DNA from: the human T2T-CHM13v2.0 reference genome, Homo sapiens
Assembly: GCF_009914755.1 (NCBI RefSeq)
Contig: NC_060925.1
Reading direction: 5' to 3' (one strand)
DNA length: 64,000 nt
Program-made: the position numbers and the translations under genes
In this document: positions 53,856 through 64,000 of the stretch, piece after piece
Layout: each line of letters begins with the position of its first letter
Numbering within the stretch: position 1 is the stretch's first letter
The notes under the pieces: generated by a model
The model's database searches: none
What the model was told of the DNA's origin: nothing
Seen by the model: the letters and a program-made list of their open reading frames with translations, nothing else

Positions 53856-56800
53856 AACTGCCCAAGCTCTTAATGGCCCAGACTGAAGCCTGGTTCTGTC
53901 TGTGCCCACCTGAGTCTAGAAAAGGTGGTGAGCTGGTACCTGATGACCCCACAACATGGCACAGTACAGGACCGGGGGTGCAGAGGTAGAGAATGGGCAG
54001 CAGCAGACAGAAGCCTCAAGGAAGGATTGCCAAGGAGCAGAGAAAAATCAGGCACAAGAGAAGGGGCGGGACCAGGTTCCAAAAGGATTTAGACACCCAG
54101 CAAGCAATCAGGAATAGAGCCTACAGTGATGAGGACCGTGTCTTCTTTACTTCTGTTTCCCAAGTGCTTAGTACAATGCTGACCATAGTGCTGCCTCATA
54201 AAGATGTAGCAGCTGAATTAATGAATTATTTAAATAATGGATTAATTCATATTTTGAGGGTAGCAAATGATTTGAAATTTGTAGGTAGGATGTTTTGGAG
54301 TGGGAGAGAGATGTTCACCTCTGGACTTTTCTTTTTTAAAAGAGTGAGCCGTTCAAAATAGAACAACTGGAATATTTCCCTTGGAGTGCTGCCAGTGCAC
54401 ACAATGCCTCCTTTTCTTCCCAGGTCAGAAGGCGTTTTGGGCCCAGCCCCTCGGCATGTGTGTGCAGCCTGCAGCCTGTCCGACATACTTACCCACTTGT
54501 GCTCTGGAACACAAAGGCCTCCCACCTGCCAAGCCCAACACAAATGCCTCCTTCACCACAGTCCTCTGGTGTATGTGGGTTCAGCTGCTGCTGCTGCTGA
54601 AAGTCCCCCTCCAGGGCAAAAGTGAGGCTCCAGTGGCTCCAGTCTCTCCACGACTGCTCAGAGAAAGAGACCACAATGCTTTCTCAACCATTGAGTCCCC
54701 TTCACTGGCCACAAGGCATGAAGTTCAATAGCCCAGTAACTTGAGGAAAGAAGAAAAGAGACCCTTTTCTGTTCAAAGACCAGCCTCGACAGATTGTGTG
54801 CAATCATCCATTTATCAGAAATTCTTCTTCAGGCACTGGGCTAGGTTCTGTGGACTCATGGATGAAAAAGACAGGGTTCTTTTCTTTAAGGAACTCACCG
54901 TCCAAAATGGGAGGCAGAGACCTAAACAAGGACCTATGTGGTGTTAGAGAGGTGTGGCTGGAGCATCTCAGAGGATCAGAAAAACATCACAGATCTGGTA
55001 TTTTTGAGCTGGGCGTTGAAGGATGAGTAAAAGTTAAGCAGGCAGATGGGAGAAGCAGCTCTCTAGCTAGAGATGAAAACATGTATGGTGGGCTTGAAGA
55101 ATGACCAGCAATCCTGGCCTAGAGTACAGGGTCGGGGAAGCGGATGGCGGAAGACAGAGGTTGGAAGTCAGCTCATTTTATTTTCTAGAATAGGAAACCA
55201 TCAAAAGTTCTTAAGCAGGGAGGAACAAGACGAAAGCTGGGTTTTAAATACAACTCTGACTGCAATGAGGGGCGTATGTCCCCAGATTCTGGACTATTAG
55301 TAGACATTCAATAAATATTTACAGAATGAACAACTGACTTCAAGAGGGAAATAGCAAGTCTGGCAAGCAGTCTGGCCAGACTTAATACCTTTCCCTAAAT
55401 GCTCCTTTTATTTATTTTTTTTCTTGTAAGAGAACAGAAGCTTTTCTTCTCCTGTACTGAACCATTACAAATGTATATAATCTGAAATTGCAGGCATAAT
55501 TACATAACGTCTTACATGGTTGGCAGTTTCATGAGTGTTGGCTTTGTCTTCCTGACTGAGTTTCGGCTCCGTGACAGCTCAATGCCTTTTGTGTTCTCTC
55601 AGCATTGCCCAAAAGCATCTATCATGTGCTGGGAACACAGTAGGCTCCAGGTAAGCAGAACATGAAACAGACTTACGGAGCACAAGAGCTGGACAGGCTC
55701 CTGCAATTACCGAGTTCAACTCTCTCATTTCACAGATGGGGAGACTGGGAGAAAGAGAAACATATGCACTATGTGGAAATGTGTGCACGCTCCTACTACT
55801 GGGTTCTTGCATTGCACAGCAGGGACCTGGGCTCAGTTAAGATTTTCAGGTACTAACACCAAAGGTCCAGACATAGACTGAAATTAACCAGTGATGAACC
55901 TGGCCAACAGCAAGGTGAACAGAACACCGACACACAAACAACACAGGCACAGAAGAATGTCTGACATACATGAGTGGTATTCAGCACCCACCGCTTATTA
56001 AATTATGAAAACAGCGTAGCCTGGGACTAGACCGGACAGAGGCAGGAAAGCACAAAGATTAAGGGTGTGGGCTTTGGAGTGTGTGGATCCGGGTCTGAAT
56101 CCCAGCTCTGCCACTTACCAGTGTGTGTTTAGGTTCCCTAACTGCGCCCACCGCCTCTACTGCCAGCCCAGCGTCCAAATAGCTAACACGAGAAAAAAAC
56201 AATTTCCTCCTTATAGGATTACACAGATGAATTGGGATGAGGTATGTAAAATGCTTATCACAGTGCCTGCAGTGGGGATTGAAAGGTCACCAACCAGAGA
56301 GAAAGCAAGGAAGAAAGCACTTGGCACCTAACAGCTGGGACAAGGGAGAAACCTGAAGCTTAGAGATGTAGATTCAAGAGCCATCCATTTCCGTGTGATC
56401 ACCACGTGGTTGGGGGTGGGGGGTGGTGAGAAGCAAGAGCAAGCAGAGGAGTCTGAGGAGCACCCCTGAAGACAGTCATGCATGGGGAACAGGTAAGAAG
56501 GAAGAGCCAGGATGGGGTACAGCTCAGAAACACAAAGGGGGTCAGTTTTGAGAAGACTGTTCTATGATGTCAGATGCTGTGGAACTTGAAGACCATGTGA
56601 GGCTCGGGCTTAGTTTCAAAAGAGCAGGAGGCAGACGTCAAGGGTTGACAAGATGGTTGAAGCAGCAGATGGGCTACGCTTTGGCTGTTTTCCAGTGCAA
56701 TTCAGGAGAGAAAGGGACAGTAGCTCCAGGGAGGGACAAGGTGAGCTCTGGGAAAGGCGAGCATGTTTGCAGGTCTGGAGGAAGAAGCCGAGGGAGAAGG

Positions 56801-56978
56801 ATGGACTTCTAGATGCAAGAAAGAGGAGCTGGCATAGGAGTCGACATTTACTCCAGGCACTGTGCTAAATAAAAGATGCAACACATGTTGAATTTACTCA
56901 TTACCACTACCTTAGGAGCTAGATGCTTTTATTATTTTATTTCATATTTTACAATGAGAAGACTAGGCAAAGAGAGGG

Positions 56979-57325
56979 TGCTTACAGACTGAATGAGCCC
57001 CCTCTAAAATTCGTATGTTGAAATCCTAACCCCCAATGTGATGGTATTAGGAGATAGGGATTTGGGCAGATAGAGCAGATGAATGGGGTTAATGTCCTCA
57101 TAAAAAAGTCCCCAGAGTGCTCCCTGGCCTCTTCCACCAACTGAGGACTCAGAAGAAGACAACTGTCTATGAACCAGGAAGAGGGTTGTCCCCCAGACGT
57201 GGAATCTGCCAGCGCTTTGACCCAGGACTTCCAGCCTCCAGAACTGTGGGAAATAAAATTTATTAAAATTTATAAGCCACCCCGTCTATGGTAGTTTGTA
57301 ATAGCAACCCAAATGGACTAAGACA
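56979..57325 (+). mobile_element. MLT1A-type solo LTR
   Basis: AAAATTCGTATGTTGAAATCCTAACCCCCAATGTGATGGTATTAGGAG...GGACTAAGACA; near-TSD GAGGG/GAGGT. Confidence 0.85.
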
Positions 57326-58049
57326 GAGGTGAAATAGTTTACCCAGGTTAGCAGTAGGAGAATCTGAGATTTGAAGCCAAAAGCTCTGGCTTAAGAGTTC
57401 ATGGCTTTTACCCAAAGGGCCAGTCTGCTAGAGTTTCTGGAGGTGGGAAGAGAAGGCTTTCAAAGTTTGGCTTTGGCAGGGGAGTGGAGAGCAAAGATGG
57501 AGAAAAACAGCAAGGTGGGAATGAGGAAGTTTAAGCCACATGATCTCCATCTTCTCAGGTAGGAAGAGATCAAGAGCTGAGACTGAGGGCTGTGTGAATG
57601 GACTTGGGAACTTACGAAGTGTAGATGAGGTTTGCAATAGTCAGTGAGGATACTGGGATGAGAGGCAGCTGACACACATGGAGGATGCCAAGTAGCAGAT
57701 GAAGTCAAAGGGCATGGATTTAATGGATCCAGCAGTCCCAAGACAGGGTCAGAGAAATGGGACAGTAAAGTTTAATCCAGGATGGGGCTGACAAAAGTCA
57801 AAGGAGTTGAGAGAGGGAGATTGTAGGGCACAAAGAAGGGCATGATAGCTGGCATAATGGGGAGGGGCGGTATTTTCAACATCATGTCATCCATACCAAC
57901 AAGTGCAAAGGTGAGGACAGGGCGAGCAGCCATGATGTGTTATAGCTGAGGTTTCCTGACCAGCCCCCCGACCCAAAGGCACCCTAATTACAAAGGTGCC
58001 CAAAAGCACCCACCGCCCATCCCAAACTAAGTCGTCTTGGTTCATAACT

Positions 58050-58723
<674 letters not shown>

Positions 58724-59748
58724 TAAATGAATGTTTTAGGCCCATTTAACCAAGACGTTGATCTGAATAGCAACAGAACTGATAAGTTTTGATTTGTTGG
58801 ACATGGGAATGGAGTGCCAGGGAGCTGTGACCTGAAATAAGAAAGAGGTGCTCACTGGGATACCAGAAGCAGATTTTTATGATGTGCCACTGATGGGGGC
58901 AAGAAAAGGGCCAAACATCCAAAATGAGACCAAATGTCAAAAAAGCCCACAAGCCTTCCAGTGATGACAAGAAGGACCCTGGACCTGCTTCCAATCCAGG
59001 ATTCTCCCCTTCTAGCTCTGCACTGGGCCTTAACTTCCCCAGCTCCTGTCTGCCCCCTCCACTGACCTCAGGTGACCTCCAAACTGCCCCACCCAGCCCC
59101 ATCCTCTTCGCTTGCTCCCACCAGTCTCTTTAGGACACTAAGCCCAACAACCTCATGCATTCCAAAAAGCCTCTCCCAACCAGCCAGCACTGGGGCCGAT
59201 TACCCGCCCCCTCGCCAACAGCCTCCCCTTTCAGGAGATTCCTGCCAACAATTAAGAAAGGAGGCAATATGATACAGCGCGACCGGCATGGCTTGTGAGC
59301 CAGGAAATCCAGATCCTAACTCAGATTTGTCCAATTTCTGCTGTGTGAGTTTAAGGCATATCACAACTTCTCTGGGCCTCAGCTGCTTATCTGCTACCTA
59401 CCACTACTGTCCTAAGTCTATAGACTTGCCAGAGGGTTCAATGAGATAATGGGAGTACAAGTGCTTTGCTAAAGACGAAGTGATATCCAAATGAAAGGGA
59501 ATATTGTAATCTAGAGAGGGAAGCAGAAGAGATGTGAAAACGGAAAAGGAGGGTGCAGGAAGGAGGTGTCACTTGCAAAGACAAGCTGTGAATCCCCTCC
59601 ATTGTACTAAGAGGGGTTGACCTTTCCTACGGCAGGAGGGCACCTCCATCTCCCCAAGAGCCAGCACAGGCCAAAGCCTTCCTATCAGAGAACACCACAT
59701 ACCTACCTGGCTTCAGAAATTTTCCTGCAGCTGAATAAATAAAAGTGA

Positions 59749-62026
<2,278 letters not shown>

Positions 62027-62244
62027 CTAATCTGATAAACAGACTATAATGTGAATAGTTTAGAATTTCCTTTCTCCTCCCCTGTAACACATTAACGTTC
62101 TGAGAACATTGTAATAACTCCACAGTAAGCTTATGGCAGAGATTTCAGACAAGCCAGTTGGCTGTGGGACCCCAGCCATCACCGAAGGTCCACTGCTCAC
62201 CTTCCAGCCAGGTGTGGCCATGGTGGGAGTGACTCAAGGCTAGT

Positions 62245-62405
62245 GTTGCCAGACCTGATTTTTTTTTTTTTCAAAAGAAGCTAGACATGTAGATTTATGT
62301 AAAATCTGATTTTTAAATGTTGACAGAATTCTTCTTTTTTAAAAAATGCTATGAAGGTCAAACAGAACCCAAATGCAAGCCAAATGCCACCCATGTGCCT
62401 GCCAG
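62245..62405. mobile_element. MER103-like DNA transposon fragment
   Basis: GTTGCCAGA...TTTTCAAAAGAAGCTAGA...GATTTATGTAAAATCTGATTTTTAAATGTTG. Confidence 0.55.
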
Positions 62406-63523
62406 CTAGGCCCTGAAGGCTGTCTCTGCATACCTCTCTAGCCTCATCTCCAATTCCTCTGCCCTTCATAAATGCCACTCACACCTCACCCCCTGCCTTA
62501 ACACCCCTGTGCCTTTGCTCACCCCGTATCTACCCTGTAGGATGCCCTTTTTTGTCTTTTCTATCAGACTGGCAAGTGGCAGGTTGCAGCTTGGTCTCTG
62601 GGCCCCAGGAACCAGCATTCACCTCTGCCTGCCCTTTGCTCCTGGTCTCTAGCGCCCTAGGGAAAAGTGTTTTCTGCATGATTCAGGCTCTGCTTTGGAA
62701 GGCTAACTACAGTTATGATGGATGACAGTGGGGACGCACCTTCCCCAGAGGCTAACAGGAAAGCCGGCTGGAGAGGCTCACACAGGCGCCTGCATGGAGA
62801 GGGGCCTAATGACCTCCTATTGCCCAGGGCGGCTGCCTGGCCAGATAATGTGCCTTCTGCAGTCAGGACAAGAGCAGGGGTGGGAGGATCCTGTAGAGAG
62901 CCCTGAAGTGAGTCTATGCTGGTTACCAGAAAACTCCTGAGCAGCTGCACCCCCTACCCCTCCTCACTCACCAGCCAGGAGCCTGGGCCAGGTGCTCCTG
63001 CTCCTGATCTCTCTCCTGGTCCAGGTTGGAGAGAACTATCCTGGTCTCAGGAGGAATCACAAAGAATCTAGCCAGGCTGACATTCTCAAAAGCCCAGCCA
63101 CCCTCTCAAAGGAGCAGTTTCCAGCACCCACCAACACTCATCCCAAGATCAGAGGGTTAAGGAAAACTCTGGTTTCCTGCTACCACCACCACAACCACCA
63201 CCCCCAAAGTCAAGCCAGGGAGGGAACACCGAGGGCACCTCTCCCCAGGGAACTCAGCACCTCAGAGAACTTGCCTAGAAGGCAACGATCTGGGAAAAAT
63301 GTCACAGGGCCCAAACCCTCCCAGAGAAAGGCAGATTCCTAAGTCCCCTCCCACCCAGACTTGGCATCTAAGCAGCTGGGGTGGAGGAGCAGGGTCCCCC
63401 TGACTTCTGATTCTCCTGCCTCTTTTTCCTCCATCTCCTCCCTTAGGGACCGTCCCAGAACCTCCCTTGGGGCTCCCAGGGGCTTTCAATCCTCACCTCC
63501 AGGATAACTTGAAGAATACCAGG

Positions 63524-63880
63524 TGTTTTAGCCTGTCTGGGCTGCTATCACAAACTACCATAAGATGGGTGGCTTCCAAACAAAAGATGTGTGTATGTCT
63601 CACCGTTCTGGAGGCTCGGAGAATGCCATCAGCGTGCCAGCATGGCTGGGTTCTGGTGGGGTCCCTCTTTCAGCTTGCAGACTGTTGGCATCTGGCGTGT
63701 CCTCACATGACAGAAGGGTTGACAGAGCTCTCTCTTCTAAGAGCACTATCCCATTTGTGAGGGCTCCACCTTCATGACCTAAGTTACCTCCCAAAGATTG
63801 CATGTCCTAATACCATCACATTGGGGATTAGAACATCAACATATGAATTCTGGGAGGATACCAGCTTTCAGACCACAGCA
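63524..63880 (-). mobile_element. MLT1A-type solo LTR
   Basis: TG...CA ends with perfect 5-bp TSD CCAGG at 63519-63523 and 63881-63885; CTAATACCATCACATTGGGGATTAG signature. Confidence 0.88.
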
Positions 63881-64000
63881 CCAGGCTCTCATTGAGAATC
63901 CCAGGCAGACCTGGTAGCATCCACAGGCAGTTTAGCTCAATAAATCCTCGACACACCAGTGAAGTAGGATCTTTTACCCTATTTTAAAGGCAAGAAAGTT

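Overview
Primate (human-like) genomic DNA covering most of KANK4 (KN motif and ankyrin repeat domains 4) on the minus strand. Eight coding exons can be reconstructed base by base with canonical GT-AG junctions and consistent phases: 36047-36062 (ATG), 27776-29659, 26050-26161, 22859-23077, 21301-21388, 17661-17880, 7636-7778 and 2046-2246. Together they give 2883 nt, or 961 codons. The last coding exon lies beyond the left edge and the non-coding first exon beyond the right edge. The rest is intron: about 40 Alus (strongly strand-biased), plus MIR, L2, L1, MLT1 LTRs, hAT-type MER elements, a U6 retrocopy, microsatellites and a CA/TG minisatellite. Almost all ORFs in the supplied track are Alu or low-complexity noise. 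I see no new multi-gene system. The most interesting unexplained signals are: (1) a candidate alternative coding first exon at 37365-37395 that would put a Cys-rich MCWCTACCLR N-terminus in frame with exon 3; (2) a 204-codon non-repeat ORF in intron 8 with in-frame splice sites; (3) exon-3 architecture that would allow skipping, intronic polyadenylation or a stop-free circRNA; (4) several atypical retrotransposition scars. All four are hypotheses from sequence alone.
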